A DNA stretch of 64,000 nt, from positions 1-64,000 of the IMG/VR virus record IMGVR_UViG_2508501001_000004. The stretch is one strand, 5' to 3'. Source of the DNA: a virus (Duplodnaviria; Caudoviricetes). The notes below the pieces were generated by a model. That model was given only the letters and a program-made list of their open reading frames with translations, made no database searches and was not told the DNA's origin. Position numbers and translations under genes: made by a program. Positions 35,862 through 46,368 of the stretch are shown piece by piece. Numbering within the stretch: the first letter of the stretch is position 1; each line of letters opens with the position of its first letter.

Positions 35862-37270
35862 TGGCTTTTAACCTCCCACGACATACTTGCTACATTGATT
35901 GTAGTGGTAGTACTCAGGTGAGTATTCACAAATTTGATGATTATAGAATTATTACTATTAATGTAACATTCGAGAATTTTTACTGTCGATGATCCATTAA
36001 ACCCATACCCGTAATAGGAAACATATCCGCTGTCCATTTTTGATGATGCGCAACTGTTTGCGCCAGCCCCAGTAATGGAATAGCCATCAAGGCTAGATCT
36101 ATTAAAGGCAATCTCCATCCCTATATAGTTAGATCCTGATAGATAAACCCGCCCCGATTGCGCTTCCGGCATAACAGGGATTGTTACAGTATACTCTTCT
36201 AAGGGTGCCATGGATTTGCTAAAACCCGAAAGACTACCCCTTTGAAATTTCGCAGCATTGCCTAACCTATTAGCGGGGACATTGCCGCTACTATCAAGGT
36301 CCGCAATACCATTTGCAACACCTTTTTGCGAGGATGGGATTGCAGCATTAGCCTTGTCCATGGCGACTTTTACTGCACTTGGAGTAGCTGCAAGAGTCGT
36401 GCTTGTGCTTGTTGTGCTACTCGATAATTGCACATGCCCTTTAGTGGTTAATGTCGCATCTTCCGCCAAATGCGCAACAAGGTCTGTCTGCGCGGCCCGG
36501 CTCGTATCGACTGGATGAACATGATCTGCCCTGGCATATCTCTTCGATGTCCCTGCAGTTGCCGTCCCGTCCATAACGGGGCTTGTCGAGGCTGCTTGAT
36601 TTACAACAAAAGCCGTTGTGGCAACTTGAGTAGTTGATGTGTCAACTGCCGCCGTAGGAGCTGTGGGGGTGCCCGTTAATGCTGGGGAGGCCAATGGTGC
36701 CCTGGTTGTATCTGCAGGATGCCTGTGATCCTCTCTGGCATACTTTTTTGATGTCCCAACGGCAGCAGACCCATCCATGTTAGGCGTAACAGTCCCCGCT
36801 TGCCCGGTAACAAACGCTGTTGTAGCAATCTGGGTCGTGCTCGTATCCGCTGCCGCAGTGGGTGCAGTCGGAGTCCCAGTGAGCGCTGGCGATGCCAACG
36901 GGGCTCGGGTGGTATCGGTCGGGTGCACATGGTCTCTCCTGGCTGCAGTGGCCGCTGATCCTGCCGACGCCGTGCCGTTGGCCACTGGATTTGTGCTATC
37001 AAAGGCTAAATGGGCATGGTCGGCACGGGCAAGGCTTGTGCTGGATCCGGCGGCATTAGCCGTCCCCAATCCCCCCGAGGGTGCCGCCGTGGGAATAGGA
37101 TCACTACCTCCGGGCCGGTGAGTATCAGCATGGGAACCTATTTCTCCCGCCGCATCCATCGCCTGTTTCAGCTTTTGATCAATCACATCGACATTGTCGT
37201 TAAAATCTTGAATGTTAACAATATCTGTACCGTCCGGTTTCTTAAGTCCATAATTTGCTGTTGTCTGCAT
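35858..37270 (-). CDS. Tail fibre with 68-aa tandem repeats and four DHxH motifs
   Basis: QTTANYGLKKP start; APLASP.LTGTPTAPT repeats; KGHVQLSS..AATPSAVK fibre repeat. Confidence 0.85.
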   Translation of the reverse strand: MQTTANYGLKKPDGTDIVNIQDFNDNVDVIDQKLKQAMDAAGEIGSHADTHRPGGSDPIPTAAPSGGLGTANAAGSSTSLARADHAHLAFDSTNPVANGTASAGSAATAARRDHVHPTDTTRAPLASPALTGTPTAPTAAADTSTTQIATTAFVTGQAGTVTPNMDGSAAVGTSKKYAREDHRHPADTTRAPLASPALTGTPTAPTAAVDTSTTQVATTAFVVNQAASTSPVMDGTATAGTSKRYARADHVHPVDTSRAAQTDLVAHLAEDATLTTKGHVQLSSSTTSTSTTLAATPSAVKVAMDKANAAIPSSQKGVANGIADLDSSGNVPANRLGNAAKFQRGSLSGFSKSMAPLEEYTVTIPVMPEAQSGRVYLSGSNYIGMEIAFNRSSLDGYSITGAGANSCASSKMDSGYVSYYGYGFNGSSTVKILECYINSNNSIIIKFVNTHLSTTTTINVASMSWEVKSQ

Positions 37271-37281
37271 GACCATCCTCC

Positions 37282-37893
37282 TTACTCATAAACTTTCAAC
37301 TCATTCCAGTTCATAACATTCACGCCATTCCAAGCGAGATGCTTCAGGGAGTCCCACCACGTATAGGAATATTTAAAGCTGTAAGCCAAGTGAGCCGGTT
37401 TAATCTGCTCGATCATCGCCATAAACCCGGGCATATTCGTCGGGATACCCTTGGTCCCAATAAAGCGGACCTCAAAGCGGTACTCTGACGGGTACTCAAT
37501 CACATCCACCTCGCCCCCGGAAAAAGCAATGGCCGTATCCTTAATCATTTGCTTCGTGGTTGTCCCCGACCCGCGCAGTTTGGCCTTGATCTGTTCCCGC
37601 CTTCGCTCTATAGATTTCGTCGGTTCTGTCTCTAGACCCAGCTCACTTTCCCAGTAAGCTAAGCCCCATGTGGCGGTATCTACAAAGCATTGGTCCAGCA
37701 GGTCATTCATGGAAAATAAAAAAAGACCCAGCTCATTGGACGCAGTCTCCTGTAACTTTTTCATTTCCCGTACGCTCTGATAATACTCGGGTAGATATCT
37801 CATGAGGTCGGGCTTTGCATACTCAGGCTGGTCCCCGTCGTTGCCGTCAGTCCCAAAAAGGGTGGTGCCATAGATTTGGTTTCCGTATCCCAT
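37282..37893 (-). CDS. xkdU: YmfQ/DUF2313 baseplate protein
   Basis: ATWGL, IKPAHL motifs. Confidence 0.85.
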   Translation of the reverse strand: MGYGNQIYGTTLFGTDGNDGDQPEYAKPDLMRYLPEYYQSVREMKKLQETASNELGLFLFSMNDLLDQCFVDTATWGLAYWESELGLETEPTKSIERRREQIKAKLRGSGTTTKQMIKDTAIAFSGGEVDVIEYPSEYRFEVRFIGTKGIPTNMPGFMAMIEQIKPAHLAYSFKYSYTWWDSLKHLAWNGVNVMNWNELKVYE

Positions 37894-37897
37894 CGGC

Positions 37898-38392
37898 TCA
37901 CACCCCCTTTAGCTGGTTCCAGGTTACCCCGGGACTCAGTTTCCCCGCGGCCAGGTCATAAGCTGTTTTTACGGCATTGGCCGTGGCTGCCTGAGTGGTT
38001 GAGGTGCTTGTCATTGTATTATTTAGTTGAGATATTCCCGCAGCACTTGTAGATGCCGCTGGCAGTCTCGCTATGGCCACCGTTCCGGCATTGATATCGC
38101 TGGCATTATGTGTGTGTCCCACCGGAGTAAAGGTGCTTGGCTTTCCCGAGACCCCAGTCCAGGGGACACTCTCCGCCACCTCCGCTACATCCACTTTGCC
38201 GTCATTATCCGTGTCATAAATGCTTTTCAGCATATCCCCGACGGTTTGGGCAGCCACCAATAGTTCATTGCCGCTTTCTGTTCCTATATAAAGCTTCTTG
38301 GTATCCGTGCAGAAGCCTAACTCCCCTACTGCCAAGGTTCCAATGCTACCCTCAAGGCCACGCCTAATCTGGATCAATACTTTTCTTGCCAT
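37898..38392 (-). CDS. Mtd_N-like tail fibre-associated protein
   Basis: Paralog of 4490-5041 with a different middle. Confidence 0.6.
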   Translation of the reverse strand: MARKVLIQIRRGLEGSIGTLAVGELGFCTDTKKLYIGTESGNELLVAAQTVGDMLKSIYDTDNDGKVDVAEVAESVPWTGVSGKPSTFTPVGHTHNASDINAGTVAIARLPAASTSAAGISQLNNTMTSTSTTQAATANAVKTAYDLAAGKLSPGVTWNQLKGV

Positions 38393-38404
38393 CAGCCTCC
38401 CTCC

Positions 38405-39430
38405 TTAGAATGTTCCTCCATCCACAATGGATACCATCAACCTATTTCCATTGGCCGAGTCATAGACAAGACTGCTGGCATCAATATTGGCCTCAATGCC
38501 CGTGCTGTTGACGAGGATTCCTTTCCCAGCTTTAGCGCTAACCGAAGTCGAAGCAACGGAGATCCCGTTCCCCGCCCCTACCGTCAATGTCACTGTGTCG
38601 GCCTGCCCGCCCCCCGTTAAACCATTGCCGGCAGTAATCGTCTGCAGGGCTCCACCGGTTCTTACCCAAGCTGTCCCGTTCCAGCTGTAGATTTTTTGTT
38701 CCTCATCAACGTAGCAGGTCCACCCAATCTGAGGCGGGTAATAGGACCAGGCTCCTGATGCATATTCGGCAATTTGATCCTGTTTCCCGGACCACACACC
38801 CGTTGCGCCGCTGGGGATGATATAGCGATCTCCGGTCACTGGACTGCCCGGTGGGGCTGTAGTGGTACGATTCTTCACACTGGCTTGAGGTTCGATGTTG
38901 TGCTTAGCTAATTCAATTTCATTACCAATTTTTTGAGCACTCCATAAGTCGGTTATGGCTGTCCCCGAGTCATTGATAAGGCGGTGTTTAGCCGCATCGT
39001 CAATATGAGATTTTATTTCAGCCGCAGTTTTCGTGTTAGTACCATCTGATACTTTGTTAACCTGGCCGTTGGTTATGTCTGATTTTTTAACCTTTGCATA
39101 GGTTGTTCCATCAGACACATCATCCAAGGTTCCGGTTAAATCTGTTATCTTTTGGGCGTTAACACGCTGCCAGGCCGAAACCGTATCAAAATACAGATAG
39201 CCTGCATTGGTGCCACTGGTGACATAGTAAAGCCGCCCTAATGTCCCAGCATTGGGCCGGGCCGCTTCTGTCCCAGATAGTGCTCTGCCGACAAAAACAT
39301 TGGCAGTGCCGTCCCCGATGTAAACTTCCTTAGTATCTGTGCAAAACCCCATCTCTCCTGATGACAAAGCACCTAGGGCCACTAGCTCGGGCTTGGTACC
39401 TCGGCGAATTTTAATTGTTTGTGCCGCCAA
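38405..39430 (-). CDS. DUF2793-containing tail protein
   Basis: Paralog of 5054-6079. Confidence 0.75.
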   Translation of the reverse strand: MAAQTIKIRRGTKPELVALGALSSGEMGFCTDTKEVYIGDGTANVFVGRALSGTEAARPNAGTLGRLYYVTSGTNAGYLYFDTVSAWQRVNAQKITDLTGTLDDVSDGTTYAKVKKSDITNGQVNKVSDGTNTKTAAEIKSHIDDAAKHRLINDSGTAITDLWSAQKIGNEIELAKHNIEPQASVKNRTTTAPPGSPVTGDRYIIPSGATGVWSGKQDQIAEYASGAWSYYPPQIGWTCYVDEEQKIYSWNGTAWVRTGGALQTITAGNGLTGGGQADTVTLTVGAGNGISVASTSVSAKAGKGILVNSTGIEANIDASSLVYDSANGNRLMVSIVDGGTF

Positions 39431-39433
39431 TGG

Positions 39434-39850
39434 TTATACCTCCTCTCTAATAAATCCACCGCCGTCGATGATTCCTGTTGCTTTATATCTCTCTATCTCT
39501 GCTTGGGTTCGAATCAGACTGTCTTGTAAATTGTTAACATCCTCCGCCTCTACCATATCCCCGGGGGTCTCATAGGTAACATAGACCGTCTCTGTTTGGG
39601 CGAAGATTTTAATCGAACGTTTCCAAGGCGTCTCAGAAGGAATGGATACAATGAAGTTTGTCACTGGGATACCTGTAAACTGTGGTCCTGTGTAAACTCT
39701 GATTGTGCTGTTCGTAATGTTGTCGTGACCTAAGAAACCCTGGTACACCCCGCCATTAATAGGCAGCTCTTCTTCAACCGTGTAAACGCTGCCGTCCGAC
39801 TTCTTGTTAAGTTTTTCGGTAAATTGGTCAATCTGATCCGGATAAGGCAT
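39434..39850 (-). CDS. Conserved tail/baseplate-associated protein
   Basis: Paralog of 6083-6499. Confidence 0.6.
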   Translation of the reverse strand: MPYPDQIDQFTEKLNKKSDGSVYTVEEELPINGGVYQGFLGHDNITNSTIRVYTGPQFTGIPVTNFIVSIPSETPWKRSIKIFAQTETVYVTYETPGDMVEAEDVNNLQDSLIRTQAEIERYKATGIIDGGGFIREEV

Positions 39851-39854
39851 AGTT

Positions 39855-40892
39855 TTACACCCCCAGTTCCACGGTCCCAAATACCGGGATTTCTTCGTCC
39901 GCCAGAGCGATATTGGCACTGCCGCCGTTGACTAGCAACGTAGTATAGTCGATGACACCTGGTGTGCTAAGGAGCAGGTTCCCAATCTTGGCATAACTGA
40001 CATAGGTGTTGATAAAAGCTGTATCCTGCAGATAGCTTTCCACCTCTACCTTAAAAGCGTCCGTTACACCTTGGATAGCATAGCCGGATGCTAAAACGGC
40101 AGTCGCCGTAACACTGATCTCTTTAGCTGCTGCCGAAACGACGGTCACAGCGGCTCCAATAGGGCGTACGGTCTCAACATAGTCTGATACAGCGTCCACC
40201 AAAGTGGAGGTAGCTGGCTGCTTTTCAGCATCAACAATGACAACCTTTACCGTCCCTGACCCCTCCCAAAGTGGAAAGACCTTAGCGCCTCCCACTCCAG
40301 CCACTTCAGACGCCCACTGCCGATATTGAGCAGCATTCCCAGACGTTGCCGGCTGACGAACCCGCTGTAGATAGCGCTGCCTGAGGCTGTCGTCGGTTTC
40401 TGCATTCGTTCCCGGAATGAGAATGTCGGACAGCTCGGCCTGCACCAACCCGGGGATATAGTCAATCGGCATCAGCGTACCAAAGTATTGATTGCCGACA
40501 GTACCGGCAGTTTCGCACTCCAGAATATACTGACCCGACGCGATTTTTTCTTTGGCAGCATACCTTACCTGCTCAATGGAAAAGCGGCTGCCGATGGCCA
40601 CATCCAGCGGGGTATCATTTTGCCCGTAAAACATTGCCTTCCGCTGGGCCTTCGTGGCGACTCTACGAGTAACCCCATAATCCATCGTCCTTAATTCCAG
40701 GTAATCTCCGCTTGATGTTTGAGCCGAGAATAGCCTTAGGTTGACTTCCAATTCTGCATAAGCCTGGGCCAGTTCTGCTGCAGCCGGGGATAAGGCGTCA
40801 TAAATAATGCTGCCCTCACGTTTGTCCAGATCCCCAGGCACCCGGTCTAACATTCTGTCCAAGATGGACTCATACGTTTGGCCCTCATACAC
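39855..40892 (-). CDS. xkdT: Baseplate J-like protein
   Basis: DKREGSIIYDA, SGNAAQY motifs. Confidence 0.9.
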   Translation of the reverse strand: MYEGQTYESILDRMLDRVPGDLDKREGSIIYDALSPAAAELAQAYAELEVNLRLFSAQTSSGDYLELRTMDYGVTRRVATKAQRKAMFYGQNDTPLDVAIGSRFSIEQVRYAAKEKIASGQYILECETAGTVGNQYFGTLMPIDYIPGLVQAELSDILIPGTNAETDDSLRQRYLQRVRQPATSGNAAQYRQWASEVAGVGGAKVFPLWEGSGTVKVVIVDAEKQPATSTLVDAVSDYVETVRPIGAAVTVVSAAAKEISVTATAVLASGYAIQGVTDAFKVEVESYLQDTAFINTYVSYAKIGNLLLSTPGVIDYTTLLVNGGSANIALADEEIPVFGTVELGV

Positions 40893-41294
40893 TTACACCC
40901 TCACCTCCTGAGTTATCTCAAAACTCCCGTATTTGCTGATAACTGTGCACTCAATGAGCAGACCATCTCCCGTGACTGTAGTCCGTATATTCTCAACGCC
41001 GGTGATTCGGTCATCCTGGGTTAACGCTTCTCTGACCATGCGGGCAGCCTCTGATTTTACAAAGACCGGATTCATTCCGACTAACTTCTCTATCTCAGAG
41101 CCGTAGTTTGTTGTGTAGATTAAGTGATGATAACGAGGCGTCCCCAGGATCTTAAAGACAGCCTGTTTGACCGCCTCAAGGCCGTCCAGTCTGCCGGCAA
41201 TTCGTTCTTTAGCTGCATCCAGCTTCCATGTGAGGGATGGCTGCTCCGTTTCTTCAATCACACCGTTGTTGATGCTTCCGCCGGTCGGTATCAT
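40893..41294 (-). CDS. xkdS: DUF2634 baseplate protein
   Basis: HLIYTTNYGSE, EALTQDDRI. Confidence 0.85.
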   Translation of the reverse strand: MIPTGGSINNGVIEETEQPSLTWKLDAAKERIAGRLDGLEAVKQAVFKILGTPRYHHLIYTTNYGSEIEKLVGMNPVFVKSEAARMVREALTQDDRITGVENIRTTVTGDGLLIECTVISKYGSFEITQEVRV

Positions 41295-41647
41295 GTTGTC
41301 ACCACCTTGTCTAAGATTACAAATTTCTGCCCGCCTTGGACCCTGAGCAGCAGGACTTTGTCCCCCACCTTAAGCCCAGGGCGGATGATCAGTTTAGTTG
41401 TCAGGGCCGTAGCTGTGGTTCTTGATGATCCATCATCAGTGTACTGATGAGAGTGTGTCAGGTCGACTTCATACCGGGTTAAACTTTCCGGCACAATTAA
41501 AAAATCCGCCGGCAGTGTAAAGCGTTGGTCGACTTTCACACTCAGCGGACTTATGGTTAGTATCTCTCCAAACATAACATTCACAGGGTTTGATGCCCCT
41601 ACAGCATCTATCCCCGCAGCTTTTATTACATCCAATAAGCTTGCCAT
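41291..41647 (-). CDS. xkdR: DUF2577 baseplate protein
   Basis: GLKVGDKVLLLRVQGGQKF. Confidence 0.85.
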   Translation of the reverse strand: MASLLDVIKAAGIDAVGASNPVNVMFGEILTISPLSVKVDQRFTLPADFLIVPESLTRYEVDLTHSHQYTDDGSSRTTATALTTKLIIRPGLKVGDKVLLLRVQGGQKFVILDKVVTT

Positions 41648-42633
41648 TATACCACCTTCATAATTGCTTTAAGTTCCAGGCTCATCGTATGGTCTGCACC
41701 TTCGAAATAATGCTTACATTCATCCACTAAAAAGGGCTGATTGATTTCGTACTCTTGAATCTGTATCCTTAGATAACTCCCGGCCCTTACTCGGAGATCA
41801 CCGATAGCTTCGATTTTCAGCGTCCTTGATTCCCGGTTTTTCAATGTGACCAGACTATCGAGCAGCTCATTAATCTGAGCATCGTTCATGTTTTCATCCA
41901 CACTTTGATAGAGCTGCAACACGCCCCACTTAGCCATATTGGCGCTGTCTTGGGCCTGATAGATTTCGCGCTTGCCGCTTTCCTTGTTGTCTTTGTAAAG
42001 CTTAATTTTATTGTAGGTGTCATCATCAATGGATATCTTGTGACTATAATCGGTCATGAGGCTGGCATCGCCAATGATGAAATCCAGCAGTAAGTCCTCA
42101 ATATTCCGCACCGACAAAGCTCCAAAGTCATCGAAGAACACATAATTTTTGCCAGCATTCATCAGAGTTAAATCTAAGGCTTTGCAGATCGTATCGAAAA
42201 GCTTTTGGTCATTTTGGGACATCGTCGGAATTATATACCCCGTATCATCGATCCGCCCAAGTTTGAGCTTGAAGTCGGCGGCAATGGTTTTAATGACCTC
42301 AGAGGCTGTGACGTTTGCAAAGACATAGGTTTCATTCGCCATGAGGTACCGTAGTTGATCATAGCAAGTAATCTTAACTGCCTCGTCCCTTCCCCCTTCA
42401 ATGGAAAAGACATAGCCGTAGAAGACATTGACACCATCCTCAACTTCCTGGACCCGGACAATATCTCCATTGCTGTACTTGAAGGCTGCATCTTGCCCTA
42501 AAGCGTTTTTGATTAGCGTAAACTCCAGGCTGCCGGCTTTGCCGATCCTGCTCGTTTTCCAGGTGACGTCCGAGACAATCTGAGAGATATCCCACACGTT
42601 TCCATCTTTGTTATCGATCAGTATTTTTAGCAC
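41647..42633 (-). CDS. xkdQ: XkdQ/YqbQ hub protein
   Basis: Paralog of 8296-9282. Confidence 0.85.
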   Translation of the reverse strand: MLKILIDNKDGNVWDISQIVSDVTWKTSRIGKAGSLEFTLIKNALGQDAAFKYSNGDIVRVQEVEDGVNVFYGYVFSIEGGRDEAVKITCYDQLRYLMANETYVFANVTASEVIKTIAADFKLKLGRIDDTGYIIPTMSQNDQKLFDTICKALDLTLMNAGKNYVFFDDFGALSVRNIEDLLLDFIIGDASLMTDYSHKISIDDDTYNKIKLYKDNKESGKREIYQAQDSANMAKWGVLQLYQSVDENMNDAQINELLDSLVTLKNRESRTLKIEAIGDLRVRAGSYLRIQIQEYEINQPFLVDECKHYFEGADHTMSLELKAIMKVV

Positions 42634-42643
42634 AGTGCACCTC

Positions 42644-43309
42644 CTATGCCAACTTTATTACTCGGCCAACCTGCAGCCGTTTGATCTCAGCATCAGATAT
42701 GCCGTTCAATGATTGTAACTCTGGCCAGCGACCTCCATTGCCTAATTGCTTCTGTGCTACAGCCCATAGAGTATCCCCGGCTGCGAGAGTATAGGTTTTA
42801 GGTGGCGGCTGCTCATTAGGCCTCGCTGGGGGCTGGGATTGGATGGCTTGAGTGGACACTGAAGCGATTGTCATTGTTTGGGCAACGACAGCCCGGCGTG
42901 CGGAGTAAGGCGTGTATCGTTTCAATTTTAAGGTATAGTCAATATCCCCGGAGCCGGCAGATTCCTTCCAGTCAAAACCTTCAATGCTGGCCAGTGTGTT
43001 AATGTCAAACGTTTCGGAGATAAAAACAAAACGGATGGGCTCTTTAGATTCCATCCACTTTAGAATGCGTTTTACATATTCGTAAGGTAGCAACAAGGGG
43101 GAAACCGTGACAAATGGGTAGCGTTGTGCCGGGAAGAAACTGCTAAACGCATACTCTGAGAGTTTGGGGTTTTTTATGACGTTGATTTCCCCTAGGGCTA
43201 CAACATCATAGGTCTTGTTATTCCCGCCCTCTCCAATTTCCAGGGCGCTGGGCATGACGGGAAGCTCAATGGTTTCTGAGTATAAGCTCAGTTTGATGCC
43301 GTAGGGCAT
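42644..43309 (-). CDS. xkdP: XkdP-like LysM protein
   Basis: ELPVMP; C-terminal LysM. Confidence 0.85.
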   Translation of the reverse strand: MPYGIKLSLYSETIELPVMPSALEIGEGGNNKTYDVVALGEINVIKNPKLSEYAFSSFFPAQRYPFVTVSPLLLPYEYVKRILKWMESKEPIRFVFISETFDINTLASIEGFDWKESAGSGDIDYTLKLKRYTPYSARRAVVAQTMTIASVSTQAIQSQPPARPNEQPPPKTYTLAAGDTLWAVAQKQLGNGGRWPELQSLNGISDAEIKRLQVGRVIKLA

Positions 43310-43315
43310 AGGTGA

Positions 43316-43480
43316 TCACCTGCCTTTATTAATATGGCTATTCAGTATGCCTATCGCCTTACAAAAAGTGCTGCGTGACCAACCCTCTGCTGAGGCCTTT
43401 TCCAAGATGGAGGTTGCTATTTCAAGACTGTCCTGAATCTCTTGAATCGGTTTGCTTAAATCTACCGTTACGCTTACCAA
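43316..43480 (-). CDS. Small hypothetical inserted between TMP and xkdP
   Basis: AAGGGGAG RBS then TTG; absent from element 1. Confidence 0.4.
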   Translation of the reverse strand: MVSVTVDLSKPIQEIQDSLEIATSILEKASAEGWSRSTFCKAIGILNSHINKGR

Positions 43481-43497
43481 GCATATTCTCCCCCTTC

Positions 43498-45633
43498 TTA
43501 CGCCCATGCTCCTGCCGCAGATGAAGCAATATCAGTCTCCAGCATGGTTTTAATCTTTCCTACTATAGTGTCCACGCTCTGTCCGTTGTGAATATCCCCG
43601 GTTGTGACTGCTACTGTCGGCGTCAGCGTTACAAAGTTCTGGATGTTCTTCATTTCGGCTAATTCGCGCATGATCTTTAGGTCTTCGTTGGAGATATCGA
43701 CTTTATCCTTGATTTTGCCGACTTCATCCACTTTGCCTATATTGGGGATGTTGCCCAAGTCGAAATCCGTCAGCGTATTTGTTCCAAGGTTTGACAGGCT
43801 GAATTTGTCCGAAACCTTGTTGCCCCAGTCATACCCGGTGTTGAAAGCGTTAGTGTAATCGAATCGACCAGGAAGGTAATTGTGGGGATCTAATCGCGGA
43901 ATCTTTATTTCTACTTCACCCACTAAGTCATCAGCCATCCCCTGAAGATCGCCCCTCCATCCATTGATTGCATCCGACAGATGCTTTCCAGTCAACGTGT
44001 CAATTGCCGAAGCTATAGTCTCTAATATTCCTAAAACTGTATCCCCCAAGCCAACGAACAATCGGACAATGGAACCTACCGGGTCATTAAACACATTTCT
44101 AATAGATTCGGCGACCGTTGCGATTACATTCCAGATTGTCGCGACGACATTAATAACAATTTTAAGGATCGCTAAGACGATGTTCATAATAACCGCTCCG
44201 GCGAACATGAATGCCCCTGCAATAAGCCCTGTGGCAGAATAGCTCGTGCCGGCAAATTTATTGATGGCGGCTATTACAACATAGAAGATAGCTATTAATG
44301 CGATGATGCCAACAATTATCCATGTTATAGGACATGCAAGCAAAGCCGCATTAAGTCCGTCTTGGGCTATTATTAATGCAATTATTGCCGCAGTTTCCGC
44401 CCAAGAAGCAATGGCATGCGCTCCTTTTACTGCCAAATCTTTTAAGGTCGTAAGCCACGCAATCCCCATTACCGCATTATAGGCTATTAAAGCACCCACA
44501 ACTCCCCAAATAATAGGTTCAATAATGCCCCAATTGTTTTGCACCGCATTTCCAACTAAAATCAAGCCCGAAATTAAACCGTTTATTGCACGAGCTAATA
44601 TATTGATTCCAATTGTTAGATTATCTATGAACGCGGCCCCACCAGGCGAGTTGATCAAGCTATTTATCTTCTCAATGACAGGACCAAAGGCTTTGAGTGC
44701 GTTATTTCTTAACTTATTGAACATATCTGCAAACGTCATAGGCATTGTCGCAAACTTTGAATTTATATCATCCGCCGCATTGAACAAGGCACCTTTAATA
44801 ATGTCTGAAGTAATCGTCCCCTCTGCAGACATCTTTTTAAGCTCACCTTTGGATTTTCCCGTGAAATCAGCGATAGCGCTTGCCAGCATGGGGGCGTTTT
44901 CCATGATGCTGCGAAACTCATCACCTTGAAGCTTTCCCGCAGCCATCGCTTGAGTGAGTTGGTACATACCGGACTGCTGTTCCATGGTGGATGAGCCACC
45001 AACCTTGAAGGATTTCTGCATAAGTTCTGTGAATCTAATAATTTCATTATTGTTGGAAAAAGCATCTCCAGCCAGGAGGCCAAGTTTTCCCACACTACTT
45101 GCCATGACGCCATAAATTCCATACGCCCTATCTGCTGTAGCAAATATCTTGTCTTGAAGCTGCACGTCCGTTTGAGAACTATCGTTAATCAGTTTAAGTC
45201 GGGCCTGCGCTGATATATAGCTATCACTAGTATTCATAGCTGCCCTTAGACCCATTAAACTAATATAAGTTGCTACAATCCCCTTAATATTAGAAAGCAT
45301 CATGCTTGTATGGTGTGCACCATTTTGAGCCGACGCGTTGAATCTATCCTGTGCACTTGACGCTTGGTTGATAAGGCTTGCACTGCTCTGACTTGATTGG
45401 TTAAATCGTTGTTGTGCCCGAGTGGACTGGTCAATAGCCTGCCTTATGCCCGCTTCGGCTGCGGCTATTCTCTCTTGGGCTGCTACAAGCGTCCTGCCAA
45501 CATTGGTATTTCGTTCGGTAGCACTTTGCATTTGCCGCATACTTGACACCATGAGATTCATTCCCTGCGTTATGTTTTGTAGCGGCCTAGACATTGCGTC
45601 GAACATCCTCAGTGTAGCACTGATGGTTGGCAC
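43498..45633 (-). CDS. Tail tape measure protein
   Basis: Tape_meas motif AMYQLTQAMAAGKLQGDEFRSIMENAP. Confidence 0.92.
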   Translation of the reverse strand: MPTISATLRMFDAMSRPLQNITQGMNLMVSSMRQMQSATERNTNVGRTLVAAQERIAAAEAGIRQAIDQSTRAQQRFNQSSQSSASLINQASSAQDRFNASAQNGAHHTSMMLSNIKGIVATYISLMGLRAAMNTSDSYISAQARLKLINDSSQTDVQLQDKIFATADRAYGIYGVMASSVGKLGLLAGDAFSNNNEIIRFTELMQKSFKVGGSSTMEQQSGMYQLTQAMAAGKLQGDEFRSIMENAPMLASAIADFTGKSKGELKKMSAEGTITSDIIKGALFNAADDINSKFATMPMTFADMFNKLRNNALKAFGPVIEKINSLINSPGGAAFIDNLTIGINILARAINGLISGLILVGNAVQNNWGIIEPIIWGVVGALIAYNAVMGIAWLTTLKDLAVKGAHAIASWAETAAIIALIIAQDGLNAALLACPITWIIVGIIALIAIFYVVIAAINKFAGTSYSATGLIAGAFMFAGAVIMNIVLAILKIVINVVATIWNVIATVAESIRNVFNDPVGSIVRLFVGLGDTVLGILETIASAIDTLTGKHLSDAINGWRGDLQGMADDLVGEVEIKIPRLDPHNYLPGRFDYTNAFNTGYDWGNKVSDKFSLSNLGTNTLTDFDLGNIPNIGKVDEVGKIKDKVDISNEDLKIMRELAEMKNIQNFVTLTPTVAVTTGDIHNGQSVDTIVGKIKTMLETDIASSAAGAWA

Positions 45634-45675
45634 AATTAATCCCCCCTTGCGTAGCATAAGAAAAAGCACCCCCCA

Positions 45676-46233
45676 TTAGGAATGCTCAGTATCGTTTTCT
45701 ACAAGAAATAGTTGATAAGAATTCCCCTTTTTTATTTTTGTTAACAAGCCTTTTATTTCCAGATAATTAACAAGTCTTTGTAAACGTTCACGTTCAAAAT
45801 CAGGAAATTCCCTATACAAATCTTTTTGAATATATGTACCAGTAACCCTAATGATATTCAAGATTTTTTCTTTTAGTATTTCATCTTCTCGTATTTTTTC
45901 GATTCGATTAATTATGACTTCTTCTTGACTAAAACATAGACTCTGGCTATTGTGCATTTGTTCCCACATATCAATGAAATAGACTTTCCCTCCTTTGCTT
46001 GTTTTATAACAGAACTCTTTCAAGCGATTCAATTGCGCCAAGGCAAGATATAACTTTTCTATTTCTTCTGTTGGCGTTAGGTCGAAGGCGTAATTGTATG
46101 CATCGTAAAAATCAGATTCAAGTTTTTCAATTTTAGCGTGATGCTTTAGCCAAAAACCGTCAGACAACTCTTCGTCACGCTCACTAAAGTATAACCTCTT
46201 TTTTTCAGGTTTTTTTGTATCTTCATTATTCAT
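45676..46233 (-). CDS. Moron with C-terminal winged-helix-like domain
   Basis: IQKDLY..F......LQRLV..LE..G.L.K.K.G.SY pattern. Confidence 0.6.
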   Translation of the reverse strand: MNNEDTKKPEKKRLYFSERDEELSDGFWLKHHAKIEKLESDFYDAYNYAFDLTPTEEIEKLYLALAQLNRLKEFCYKTSKGGKVYFIDMWEQMHNSQSLCFSQEEVIINRIEKIREDEILKEKILNIIRVTGTYIQKDLYREFPDFERERLQRLVNYLEIKGLLTKIKKGNSYQLFLVENDTEHS

Positions 46234-46368
46234 TTCTCTTCCTGAACATTATTTCTCCTCCAATCAATGAATATTGTATCATCGAAAGGAACTTTATGCA
46301 GGATAATCGGCCCCATCACGGAGAACTATTTAGTAAGATTATTACTCATCTATTTAGGAGGGATTTTA

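Noticed and set aside
36480-36960. CRISPR-like or non-coding tandem repeat
   Set aside because: The ~204-nt repeats are in-frame coding repeats of the tail fibre with no spacers
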